Below are positions 37,957 to 47,421 of a stretch of 64,000 nt of DNA, piece by piece. Origin of the DNA: a virus; the IMG/VR virus record IMGVR_UViG_3300028416_000485; one strand, given 5' to 3'. The notes beneath the pieces were generated by a model. It did no database searches. It was not told where the DNA came from and saw nothing but the letters and a program-made list of their open reading frames with translations. How positions within the stretch are numbered: the first letter of the stretch is position 1; every line of letters starts with the position of its first letter. Both the position numbers and the translations under genes were made by a program.

Positions 37957-39101
37957 TAAAATAACTCCGGTGTTATTAGGTGTTCTAACTTGTTCCAAAG
38001 CTCGCTGTTTTTATCCATCCAGTGTTCCTTGCGTAGCTTATTTAACTGTGCATCATTTCTTAAAAACAATCCAAAGTTTCCTGGTTGTTTAATCTCGTGT
38101 ACAAGTTGTGCAAATATTTTACGATATAACACACTATAGTTTTTTTCAATATTTTGCAAGTATTCTAAAATCCAAGGTTTTACATCTTCGTGCAAGTTAC
38201 GTGGTTGCATCCACTCCGGTCCATCAACAACCACACATTCATGATACAACTCTTGTTCTATACAAAAATCTAATATTTCATGCACTTTGTTTATATTGTA
38301 TATACTAAATGCACTGTGTACATTTATATGTTTAAAATGCTGTTTGTACCAAGCAAGATTGTTGTAAACTGTGTTCCAGTTACTATCTTTACGAAGAAAC
38401 TCATTAAGCTCTCCGTAACTATCAATACTTAAATCAATATGTACTTTTTTACACTGTTGTAATAGTTCAACCAGTTGTTTGTTTGGTAATATACTTACAT
38501 TTGTTACTAGCAATATAGTCAACTGGCTAAGATTGCACTTGTTGAGTACTTTGATTAGTTTGTCTTGTTCCATCATCGGCTCGCCGCCGAGCACTTTTAT
38601 AAATCTTAAATCAGATAAATCATAATGGTTAACAATAGTGTTGTCTGTGATAATGCCTTTTGGTATTTTCCATCCAAGTTTTTTAGCATCACTGTACCAA
38701 TGTGTACTAAGTTCCGGCATACACATTCTACATTTATTATTACACACATTACTAAGAGCTAGATCGATATTTGTAAGTTTTTTTATCTTTCCTCTGCCTT
38801 CTTCTTCTGTGGGTAATCCAAAATCTCCTATAAGTCCGGCATTAATGTCAGTACGCATACTCCTAGCACTACTTTTTTCATCATCATAACATTTTTTACA
38901 GCCATGAACATACTCATCTTTGGACATTTTTTGTCTAAGATAGTTCATATATTCGTGATTGAACGGATCAGGATGTGCTACATTTAAATCGTCTGGAACT
39001 TCTTCTTCTCTAAACACACAACAAGGTCGTATTTGTCCATCAGGACGCATAGCCATGTGATGAAATGGCAATGCACATGCATATTTTGGTACACTAGGCA
39101 T
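37956..39101 (-). CDS. N-terminal twitch-domain radical SAM enzyme
   Basis: ACALPF...RPCC...CKKC; CNNKCRMC; LGGEP; SIDS. Confidence 0.88.
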   Translation of the reverse strand: MPSVPKYACALPFHHMAMRPDGQIRPCCVFREEEVPDDLNVAHPDPFNHEYMNYLRQKMSKDEYVHGCKKCYDDEKSSARSMRTDINAGLIGDFGLPTEEEGRGKIKKLTNIDLALSNVCNNKCRMCMPELSTHWYSDAKKLGWKIPKGIITDNTIVNHYDLSDLRFIKVLGGEPMMEQDKLIKVLNKCNLSQLTILLVTNVSILPNKQLVELLQQCKKVHIDLSIDSYGELNEFLRKDSNWNTVYNNLAWYKQHFKHINVHSAFSIYNINKVHEILDFCIEQELYHECVVVDGPEWMQPRNLHEDVKPWILEYLQNIEKNYSVLYRKIFAQLVHEIKQPGNFGLFLRNDAQLNKLRKEHWMDKNSELWNKLEHLITPELF

Positions 39102-39648
39102 ACCATTTCTCTGATTGCATTGGATCAATACTTAGTTCGTTGATGTTCAAATGACTAGGCTGATCTACCATCCATTTGACATATTCAGCAGCTAGATTGA
39201 TATCCATAGTTTTTCTATCTGGGTGTTTTTCTTGATTATTGTCTAGTGTTCCAAAACTAATATAGCTTATTTTAGGACCACTTGCCCATACACCTGTAAG
39301 TCCTAACGTATTACTATAATCACGCAATGCTTTCTTTTCAGCATTGTATAACCATGCTCCGCCTTTTTTAACTCTATCAGTAGTGCTGCCTATGTTGATA
39401 ATATGGCATTGATGATTTTCAAGTGTGCATTTTTTATAGACAATATCAAGTAAACTAGTTTGATTGAATCTAAACAAAGCACTACAGTTAATAAACACAT
39501 CATGTGCTAGTACTGCTTCTGCACAGCGTTCCATGTCTAGTTTTTTACCAAAATCGTAGCCAGTACTTCTACTAATAAACTCTGCATCAGGATAAATCTT
39601 TGCTAATGCTCCAGCTACACCGGTGTCTTTGTTACCCGTTATGATCAT
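39094..39648 (-). CDS. Truncated short-chain dehydrogenase/reductase
   Basis: ITGNKDTGVAGAL, FINCS, INIGS, YNAEK (YxxxK); 184 aa. Confidence 0.75.
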   Translation of the reverse strand: MIITGNKDTGVAGALAKIYPDAEFISRSTGYDFGKKLDMERCAEAVLAHDVFINCSALFRFNQTSLLDIVYKKCTLENHQCHIINIGSTTDRVKKGGAWLYNAEKKALRDYSNTLGLTGVWASGPKISYISFGTLDNNQEKHPDRKTMDINLAAEYVKWMVDQPSHLNINELSIDPMQSEKWYA

Positions 39649-40786
39649 CTAATACTCCTATATCTATGTGGTTGTTTAGCACGTTTAATAGTTTATCTGT
39701 TTGCATACTCTTAGGAGCACATAGACCGCAACCACATGTCTGTTTTGGACAAACAATAGTAGGCATAGTACCAGATTGCATTTGTTTTCTTAAATCGTCA
39801 ACTAACTTTTTACCTTCACTTATTTTTCCTATTGCGCCTCTTGTGCCATTAAACTTTGCTTGACAGGTTTGATGATGAAACACTTGATCGGTTTGCTGTT
39901 CTAAGTGTAAGAAAAACCAGTTAACACTACACTTCCATCCTTTAAACTCTCTAAAATCTACAAATGTACTCTTACGTTTTTCTGTACCGTTGTGAAGCAT
40001 CATATCTCTACTGCCGCAACAAGGACGTCCTATACTACTTCCTAGTTTTTTTGCATTTTTTACAACATCACCTACTGCACTACTAGCATACAATGCATCA
40101 TTCTTTTGTTTCCAATAGTTTTTCATCCACGCAAGTTGTTCTTCATTATATTGATGAGCAAAGCTAGGTTTGCTATCAGGCTCTTCGCCGATAACCCGCG
40201 GAACAAAATCAACACCGTGTTGCAGTAAAAACTCACATAGTTCTTTACACTCGTCAAAATATTCTGCATGAAACATAACATTTACACTAACTGTACACCC
40301 ATACATATCGCCCTGATAGTGTAGTTGTAGTATTCTGTCTTTTACTTGTTGTTTGAGTTTACTATCACTTTCACTGTGATAGCTAATAGTGGCATGACAA
40401 AAGTTTTCCATTATTGCTTGGCCCATTTTTTCACTAAATGCACCATTGCTTGTAAGGGCAAAATCAGCTTCCCACTTGTCTTGATATTTTGCTTCGTATG
40501 CTTCTTTTAAATATTTTGCAAACGGAATAAAGTGCGGATTTACCGTAGGTTCGCCGCCTGTAAATCCTACATTTGCTTCCTTGAAGTTACGATGTTCCAT
40601 GTACACGTCAATGTATTCAAACAAGAAATCTACGTTGGCTTTTAGTTCATCTAACGTAGCATGTTTACTAAAGTTGTCATGTCTGTGTATTGGGCAATAA
40701 CTACAGTCATAGTTGCACCGTCTTCCAAGATCCCATGTCACTTGAAACAACTTTCCAGTTAACAAATCAATAGTATCAAAACTCAT
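39632..40786 (-). CDS. Radical SAM enzyme with Cys-rich C-terminal domain (close paralog of 29553-30728)
   Basis: CNYDCSYC, TGGEPT, GRPCCG, FKGWKC, CPKQTCGCGLCAPK. Confidence 0.9.
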   Translation of the reverse strand: MSFDTIDLLTGKLFQVTWDLGRRCNYDCSYCPIHRHDNFSKHATLDELKANVDFLFEYIDVYMEHRNFKEANVGFTGGEPTVNPHFIPFAKYLKEAYEAKYQDKWEADFALTSNGAFSEKMGQAIMENFCHATISYHSESDSKLKQQVKDRILQLHYQGDMYGCTVSVNVMFHAEYFDECKELCEFLLQHGVDFVPRVIGEEPDSKPSFAHQYNEEQLAWMKNYWKQKNDALYASSAVGDVVKNAKKLGSSIGRPCCGSRDMMLHNGTEKRKSTFVDFREFKGWKCSVNWFFLHLEQQTDQVFHHQTCQAKFNGTRGAIGKISEGKKLVDDLRKQMQSGTMPTIVCPKQTCGCGLCAPKSMQTDKLLNVLNNHIDIGVLDDHNG

Positions 40787-41600
40787 TTATTTCCTCAATG
40801 ACAGATTTTACTTGCTTATCTGCCCAATCTCTTTCTTCGCACCACCAGCACTGTTTACATTCTGGAATATACATTCCTGCATTATAATCTCTAAAATGGC
40901 CGCATGCCTCTTTTATACTTTCCATATGATTTATATCACCTTCACAACTACGTGTTGTGTCATACAAATCTAAAATATTTCGTATATGATACTGTGCTAC
41001 AATCCAGTCTTTTTTTACAAATCTAAAAGGATGTACAAACGTTGATTTTACTTTACCGCTGTAAAACCACACGTCGGACGTTACGCCATCCTCTGCATCT
41101 TTGTCTCTATTGGTCATGCGGTCTTCACGCAAATCGTCTGGGTTTTTACTAGTAGCATTGTACACTGCATCTAGTTTATATTCCCAAGCAGCAAACTTAT
41201 TGTAACTTCCTACTATGATCTGATCGCCACTTTTGCCGTTGATACTTGCTCCTATTACACCGTGTTCTATTTCAGGTGGAATATATGTTGTATATCTATT
41301 CTCAATAATATATGGAAACATATCTTTTAGTTTGTTGAATACTTGTAAACTAATATATCCTTGCCATGGTCTTGTTTCCCAACAACGTTGATATGTAATC
41401 ACATCTACTTTTGTATCTAGATTATTACGTTGTATGATTGTACACAACAGATATGTCAGCAATGCACTATCAGCACCACCTGAAAGATTGATGCCAATAC
41501 GCTGCCATCTTGTATCAAAAGGAATAGTCAACTTACTAAAAGTTGTAAGCAGTATGTCATTTGAAATATTTTTGTATAAAGAATTGTTTGTATTAAACAT
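40776..41600 (-). CDS. QueC-like PP-loop ATPase with C-terminal Zn site
   Basis: INLSGGADS; TRSCE...CKQCWWCEER. Confidence 0.7.
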   Translation of the reverse strand: MFNTNNSLYKNISNDILLTTFSKLTIPFDTRWQRIGINLSGGADSALLTYLLCTIIQRNNLDTKVDVITYQRCWETRPWQGYISLQVFNKLKDMFPYIIENRYTTYIPPEIEHGVIGASINGKSGDQIIVGSYNKFAAWEYKLDAVYNATSKNPDDLREDRMTNRDKDAEDGVTSDVWFYSGKVKSTFVHPFRFVKKDWIVAQYHIRNILDLYDTTRSCEGDINHMESIKEACGHFRDYNAGMYIPECKQCWWCEERDWADKQVKSVIEEINEF

Positions 41601-42927
41601 TTCGTATAACTTCTCCGTTTACAAACTTGTAGTTTTTAATATGTTGATTAAAATCTTGCTTCCATATTTTATCTGTTTTTTCAATATACTTCATAAAAGC
41701 AGTCCAATCAGATTTTTTTGCATCGTAGTTTAAAATGTATTTTCTTATATATTCTAAACCTGCTACTGCACTATTGATATCTTGCCACATATCGTAAGGC
41801 TGTTCTATTCCTACTTGGAAGTGACTTTTTAATATCCTAGACGACTCTATGTTCTCTCTTCTTTTTTTATCTACACCAAATATAGCATTACGTGTTTCTT
41901 CGATATCGTTTAATACCGAACTTCTATGTTTCAATAACATTACACTTGGATTTAGATAATCAGGTGTATACACTATACTAACATTGATATAGTTAATGTC
42001 AAGTTCTAAAAAACTAAGCATCGCATCTTTTATTTCCATAAGTTGATATGTTCCTGTAGTGTAAACTATATTAATCTCGCAATGATTATTGTCAGCTTGT
42101 TTAAAATGATTTATATTTTCTTTTAGCTTTTGCCAATCGCCTTGTCTAAAGTAAGGATATAATCTAGGACCAGCATCTACGCTTATTTGAATGTTTACAT
42201 CACCAAACAAGTTTAATAACCTACTTAACTCAACTGCATCAAAATCTGCATTAAAGTTACTATGGAAAATGATTTTCATATTTTCAGCATTAGGATGTTC
42301 AGATAGTTTGCTGAGTGTTGGAAAGAACTGTTTTTGATACAACACTTCGCCGCCGGCAAAATCTACTCTTTCGAGGTTTGGAAAGTTGGTGTTGAGATCT
42401 TCGACTATTTCTAAAGCACGAGCTGTACTAATACTTATAGTATAATCATCATCTGCATCTTGTCGATGCATTTGTCCAGTTAGCTGTATTAGATTGTGTT
42501 TATAATCTTCATCGTCAGGTGTGTATTTTTTTAGCTTGGACATCCAGCCGCTGCTGAATACTTGACTACAATGCAAACAGCTCATATTACAACTATGGCT
42601 AAAACGCATCTCGATTGTTTTTAATCCTTCAAATGCTGTTTCTCCGGTTTCGTTATTATAATATTGCAAATCAACATCTTGCTCTTGACGCATACTCTTG
42701 CCTGCGTTTGCTTGTTCAACATGTTCACACATATTGCAGCCTTTGCACCAAGTTCCACTCATTAGTTTTTTACGATGATTTTTAAAGTTTTCATTATTAA
42801 AAAACTTGCTTGGTAGGTACTCATCATCAAGCATTTGAAACTTTTCGTGTTGTGTAGGACAACTCGTTGCAAATCCATTTTTAAAGTTGATTCCGCCTAC
42901 AGCATAATAACAATCTAAACTAGCCAA
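41593..42927 (-). CDS. N-terminal twitch-domain radical SAM enzyme (divergent)
   Basis: DCYY...TSCP...CNMC; CNMSCLHC; FAGGEV; HSN; SVDA. Confidence 0.85.
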   Translation of the reverse strand: MASLDCYYAVGGINFKNGFATSCPTQHEKFQMLDDEYLPSKFFNNENFKNHRKKLMSGTWCKGCNMCEHVEQANAGKSMRQEQDVDLQYYNNETGETAFEGLKTIEMRFSHSCNMSCLHCSQVFSSGWMSKLKKYTPDDEDYKHNLIQLTGQMHRQDADDDYTISISTARALEIVEDLNTNFPNLERVDFAGGEVLYQKQFFPTLSKLSEHPNAENMKIIFHSNFNADFDAVELSRLLNLFGDVNIQISVDAGPRLYPYFRQGDWQKLKENINHFKQADNNHCEINIVYTTGTYQLMEIKDAMLSFLELDINYINVSIVYTPDYLNPSVMLLKHRSSVLNDIEETRNAIFGVDKKRRENIESSRILKSHFQVGIEQPYDMWQDINSAVAGLEYIRKYILNYDAKKSDWTAFMKYIEKTDKIWKQDFNQHIKNYKFVNGEVIRNV

Positions 42928-43801
42928 AGATTTTCTCCCATAAACTTTGTTTTTGTTTTGGTATATCTAATAAAAATCCGCTGACATTGTCCTTTCCCCA
43001 TTGTTTTTCCTGACAGAAAAAACAAGTTCCGCATTCTGGAGGATATTTAGTTTTGTAATCTTCTTTAATATCAACTATGCCAGCTTCACAACTTCGTGTT
43101 AACTTTAATAAATCATCTAACTTATAGTTAACATACTGTGCCATTGTATAGTTTTTTCTTAGAAGCCCAAAAGGATTAATACAAGATCCTGTAATAACCC
43201 AATCCCAGTTATCCTTAACAACTTTTTCATTTCGAAATTCAGGTGCTTGATTGTTATCCAAAGGAGGATTCATAGTGGTTCCGCTGTATACCCATTCGTA
43301 GTTATAAGATTTTATTAAATATTCTTGATAACCGTGTGTTATTAACACATCGCATTTTGCCATTGGTGGCAATGTCAAGTTGGGTAGATTTAGATTTTTT
43401 AAAGGCACTGTTTCAAATTCGTGTGGCAAGAATCCCCAATGCTGCATACCAATGATATTTGGAAACTGTTTTTTTAAATATTTAAAAGCATCTTCTGCCA
43501 TTGGTTTTAGCCAAGGCTTTTGTTCCCAGAAACGTACCATTGTGTATACATCTATTTTTGTTTTGAGTTTTTCTCTTTTAATAAGTGTACACAACATGTA
43601 AAGTAACAGACTGCTGTCGGCACCTCCACTAAATGCTACTAATATTTTTTTTGCATGTTTATCAAGATGTATAGGCAGGTTGTTTATTCTATAAACAGTG
43701 GGATATCTTCGAGTATAGTTCTTTTTTTCAAACTGATCGACAAAATTTCGTTTTTTATAATGTAGTTCTAAATAGTCTAAGTACTTAGTATCATCCATCA
43801 A
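42920..43801 (-). CDS. QueC-like PP-loop ATPase with C-terminal Zn site
   Basis: VAFSGGADS; TRSCE...CGTCFFCQEK; paralog of 40776-41600. Confidence 0.7.
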   Translation of the reverse strand: MMDDTKYLDYLELHYKKRNFVDQFEKKNYTRRYPTVYRINNLPIHLDKHAKKILVAFSGGADSSLLLYMLCTLIKREKLKTKIDVYTMVRFWEQKPWLKPMAEDAFKYLKKQFPNIIGMQHWGFLPHEFETVPLKNLNLPNLTLPPMAKCDVLITHGYQEYLIKSYNYEWVYSGTTMNPPLDNNQAPEFRNEKVVKDNWDWVITGSCINPFGLLRKNYTMAQYVNYKLDDLLKLTRSCEAGIVDIKEDYKTKYPPECGTCFFCQEKQWGKDNVSGFLLDIPKQKQSLWEKIFG

Positions 43802-45188
43802 AAATATCTTTCATCTCAGGAAATGTTTCAGCAAAGGTAATACCACGTTGTTTGTCGCATAGGTTTATAAACTCTTGCATTTCCGGCAAGCGTCTACTCC
43901 AGTCCTCTGATTCCATAAACTGTAGCATACCGTTAAGACGTTTAATACCATAAGGAGCGGCGTCAAACATTGCTTTGGTTACTTTACCTTTGTGCCAACT
44001 AGGAATACCTAGTTCCCAGTTTTCTTCCCACCATGGATAAAACTCTTCATACTTTTTACGTACTTCTGCTTTAAACCATTCTGGCAGCACTTTAACATTC
44101 AAGTGCGGAGGATGGTAAACAAAGTGGTAGTTTACTCCGCCTGCGCCAAAGGGCCACATGTTGATCTTTTTAAATCTTTTCTCTAGTTTCCACTTGATAA
44201 AATCTGGTATGTAGTATATGTTTAGTGCTTGTACTGCACATGCTACAGTTATTTCTACATTGTTACTGGTTTCGTTATCTAATATATGAAATACTTCTTC
44301 CTGACGTTTCCATTCACTTGGATAACGAATATAATCATTCATTTCATGTATGCTATCTATCGAATAGTGGAAGCGCACCAGTTTGAATTCTCGCCATAGA
44401 TCAAATAAATCTTCTCTCCATTCGACTCCATTACTGTTATAACGTAGTTCGAGATCTTTTGCATAGCCCATTTTAATCGCATGTTCAAGTATTTCATAAT
44501 GTTCCTCAATGATAAGACTTTCGCCGCCGGCAAAGTATATTTGTTGCATACTTGGCATTTGTTCGTAAAACTGTTTCCAAAATACTGGATTTTGTTTATG
44601 CCAGTTGTAGCTACTGCCGTTTGTACTGCCTTTGTCTTGCCACTGCATTGTTTCTTTGAGTGACTCATTCTTAACACCTGGAAAGATTGCCTTGTAATCT
44701 TTGATCCAACCACTACTATCGTGTGGTGAACACATTACACATGCCAACTGACACTTGGTGCCGAAGCGTAAGTCAATGTATGCTAGGTTAGGAGGCACTT
44801 CGCCGTCTTCTGTTGTATCGGCTATCAGTTTGTCAACATCAGTACGCTGGCTCCAGTATGCTGTTTCCCACATACGTTTACTATTGTGTCCTGCTGCTTC
44901 TTCTCTATAGCACTTCAAACAACTAGGAGGCTTTTCACCGTTCATCATTTGCTTGCGTACATTTTTCATGTATTCACTATTCCAAGCAGTTTGAAAATCA
45001 GTCACGTTTAAGTTGTTTGGCTTTCCGTCATCGGTTTTAAGAATACCAACTTGTCCGCCATGTTCTTTATCGTTGGTGGCGCCTACACTACTAGCGTTTG
45101 CTGTACAGCATACTCGCATACTACCATCTGGTCTTGTACTAAGGTGTACCCATGGAAGGATACAAAATGTGTCACTTACTTTGCTCAT
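43791..45188 (-). CDS. N-terminal twitch-domain radical SAM enzyme
   Basis: FCILPW...RVCC...CLKC; CQLACVMC; FAGGES; YNSNG; YIRYP. Confidence 0.9.
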   Translation of the reverse strand: MSKVSDTFCILPWVHLSTRPDGSMRVCCTANASSVGATNDKEHGGQVGILKTDDGKPNNLNVTDFQTAWNSEYMKNVRKQMMNGEKPPSCLKCYREEAAGHNSKRMWETAYWSQRTDVDKLIADTTEDGEVPPNLAYIDLRFGTKCQLACVMCSPHDSSGWIKDYKAIFPGVKNESLKETMQWQDKGSTNGSSYNWHKQNPVFWKQFYEQMPSMQQIYFAGGESLIIEEHYEILEHAIKMGYAKDLELRYNSNGVEWREDLFDLWREFKLVRFHYSIDSIHEMNDYIRYPSEWKRQEEVFHILDNETSNNVEITVACAVQALNIYYIPDFIKWKLEKRFKKINMWPFGAGGVNYHFVYHPPHLNVKVLPEWFKAEVRKKYEEFYPWWEENWELGIPSWHKGKVTKAMFDAAPYGIKRLNGMLQFMESEDWSRRLPEMQEFINLCDKQRGITFAETFPEMKDIFDG

Positions 45189-46249
45189 ACTGTACTTATA
45201 CCTTTATCTGCGTAGTTTATTTCATTATGATATGCTTTATTTTTTGCACATGTTCTAATACATCTACTAAGATGTAATGGATGACTTGGTTGCCAACTTG
45301 CTGTTAATAGATCTTTATACCAAGGATGTTGCATTACTTCTTCCTTGGTGTGTAACAGTAAACTATTCCACCCAGGTTCAAATCTGTTTAGTTTCTGCAT
45401 TATACCTTCTCTGTTTTTAAATGCACTATCCCATAAAAAACAACACGGCCACATAGTCTGATCACTTGCTATAAATATTTCACCTTCGTGGATATACTTA
45501 CATATAATACTATCAACTACTTCTTTAGTTTTTTTGGCATCAGCTTTATGAGATTTATACTCAGTAATAAACTTATCTAAATCTTTCATTATATCTTTTT
45601 TACTATGCTCTTTACTTCCTGTAGTTGTAATAACTTTTTGTTCCGTTTGTTTTTTAGTTTTTATTTTTGCAACCCAATCGTGATAACTATTACGCATTCC
45701 AGTACGTGTAGCAAAATCAAATCCTAGTACTGCGGCATGTGCTCTAGCAGTAACTAACTCTTGCTCATTGTGATCAAAAATAATATAAATCCATGTAGCA
45801 TGACGTTCTGGTGCTGCTTCAGAAAATGCTATAATATTGCGTTCTACAACACTCCATTTGGTGTTTACTCTATATATGTGATTGGTGTTTTTGTGTCCGT
45901 CAATACAAAAATGTATATGCAACTTTCCAATATACATTGATGCAAGTTCGCCTAGTTGTTTCCACCACGCTGCATTATTATATCCACCATTGGTACTATA
46001 TTCACAATAAGCACCTTGACTAAGAAGGTACTCTGTCATAGCCAAACAATCAGGATTGGTAATAGGATCTCCAAGCACACCACAAAACTTGAACTCTACT
46101 CCATTGTAATCTGCAGGTGGAAATATTCGCTGCAGATCTTGCAGTGAAAAACTGTTTATTCTCAGCAAATCACTATTAAGTGTTCTAGCACAACCCGGAC
46201 AAGCTGCATTACAATCACTGGTTATTTCTAGTTCAACTTTTTTAATCAT
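45185..46249 (-). CDS. Radical SAM enzyme with C-terminal SPASM/twitch domain
   Basis: CNAACPGC, CGVLGDP, STNGG, IDGHKNTNHIYR, MWPCC...CIRTC. Confidence 0.88.
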   Translation of the reverse strand: MIKKVELEITSDCNAACPGCARTLNSDLLRINSFSLQDLQRIFPPADYNGVEFKFCGVLGDPITNPDCLAMTEYLLSQGAYCEYSTNGGYNNAAWWKQLGELASMYIGKLHIHFCIDGHKNTNHIYRVNTKWSVVERNIIAFSEAAPERHATWIYIIFDHNEQELVTARAHAAVLGFDFATRTGMRNSYHDWVAKIKTKKQTEQKVITTTGSKEHSKKDIMKDLDKFITEYKSHKADAKKTKEVVDSIICKYIHEGEIFIASDQTMWPCCFLWDSAFKNREGIMQKLNRFEPGWNSLLLHTKEEVMQHPWYKDLLTASWQPSHPLHLSRCIRTCAKNKAYHNEINYADKGISTV

Positions 46250-47421
46250 ATTAGTTCTGCTAACTCTGGAAAGGTTTCTACAAAGTTAGTATTCCTTTTT
46301 TGGTCCCACATCTCTATTGTTTTTTTAAAGTTACGGTGAAGATTAGGATTATCATCACGTATATTTAGATAATCAAATAATCGATGATTTTTTTGTAGTT
46401 TGTATAACTTTGAATTTGCAAACATCATTTGCTGATCATTTAGTAGCACCGGAGTGTATGCTGTTGGCCCGTGCCATGGTAACAAAATCCAATTGTCCAT
46501 ATCAATATCATTGTCAATATACCATTCTTCTAGTGTATCTATAGTTAGTGCATTAAACAAACTATAACTTGTTTGTACGTGTACTTTTGCAACTTGTTTT
46601 ATTCTGTTGTAGTTTTTTAACCATTTTTCTTCTACCAGCGGATATCTAATATATGTACCACGCTTGCCAAAATGATCATGACTAAATGTGATATCAAAAT
46701 TTGTAAACTTTGACAGATAATCATTTACAATATCTTTGCCTTTGTATGTACTTACACTGCCATTTGTATGCGATGTAATGTGTATGTCAAATATTTTGTT
46801 ATCAATCAATACATCAAATAGTTTGTAGTATTGTTCTTGCATAAAGGGCTCACCTCCGTTACAATGTATTGATTGTATTGTATCCGCATGTTCTAAAATG
46901 TATTCAATAATAGGATCTATATTATTACTCCATTCGCTGGATACATTAGTATGTCGTATATCTAAATCTCTTTGTATTTCTATATCAGTATAGTTTTTTG
47001 CCCATGTACTACTAAGTTCAGATTCGCATCCTAGACATGCAAAGTTACAGTTATTACTTACAAGTAAATCAACAAAAATAGGTTTTTGTTCTGATAAATC
47101 AGCACTCATTACCTGTTTACTATAATGCATTGCCTTGTATGCATTTTCATTTGAAAACATTTGTACATTATGTATGCTGCCGGTTTGATTATAAAACTTG
47201 CTGCAAGACTGGCAACTATTTTTAGGATAGTTTCCTTCTAAAAAATCCTGGCGAGTAAGTTTTGCAGATTTGCTGTTGTAAACATTTTCAATAGAACTGT
47301 AGTTATAGTTGCCAAAACTACTAGTAGATGCGCAACACGGTTTTACAATACCATCTCTTCCAAAATATATTTGGTTAAACGGTGCATAACAAAATGTTTT
47401 ATTTTTCCAATACGGCGTCAT
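46246..47421 (-). CDS. N-terminal twitch-domain radical SAM enzyme
   Basis: FCYAPF...KPCC...CQSC; CNFACLGC; NGGEP; HTNG; YIRYP. Confidence 0.88.
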   Translation of the reverse strand: MTPYWKNKTFCYAPFNQIYFGRDGIVKPCCASTSSFGNYNYSSIENVYNSKSAKLTRQDFLEGNYPKNSCQSCSKFYNQTGSIHNVQMFSNENAYKAMHYSKQVMSADLSEQKPIFVDLLVSNNCNFACLGCESELSSTWAKNYTDIEIQRDLDIRHTNVSSEWSNNIDPIIEYILEHADTIQSIHCNGGEPFMQEQYYKLFDVLIDNKIFDIHITSHTNGSVSTYKGKDIVNDYLSKFTNFDITFSHDHFGKRGTYIRYPLVEEKWLKNYNRIKQVAKVHVQTSYSLFNALTIDTLEEWYIDNDIDMDNWILLPWHGPTAYTPVLLNDQQMMFANSKLYKLQKNHRLFDYLNIRDDNPNLHRNFKKTIEMWDQKRNTNFVETFPELAELI

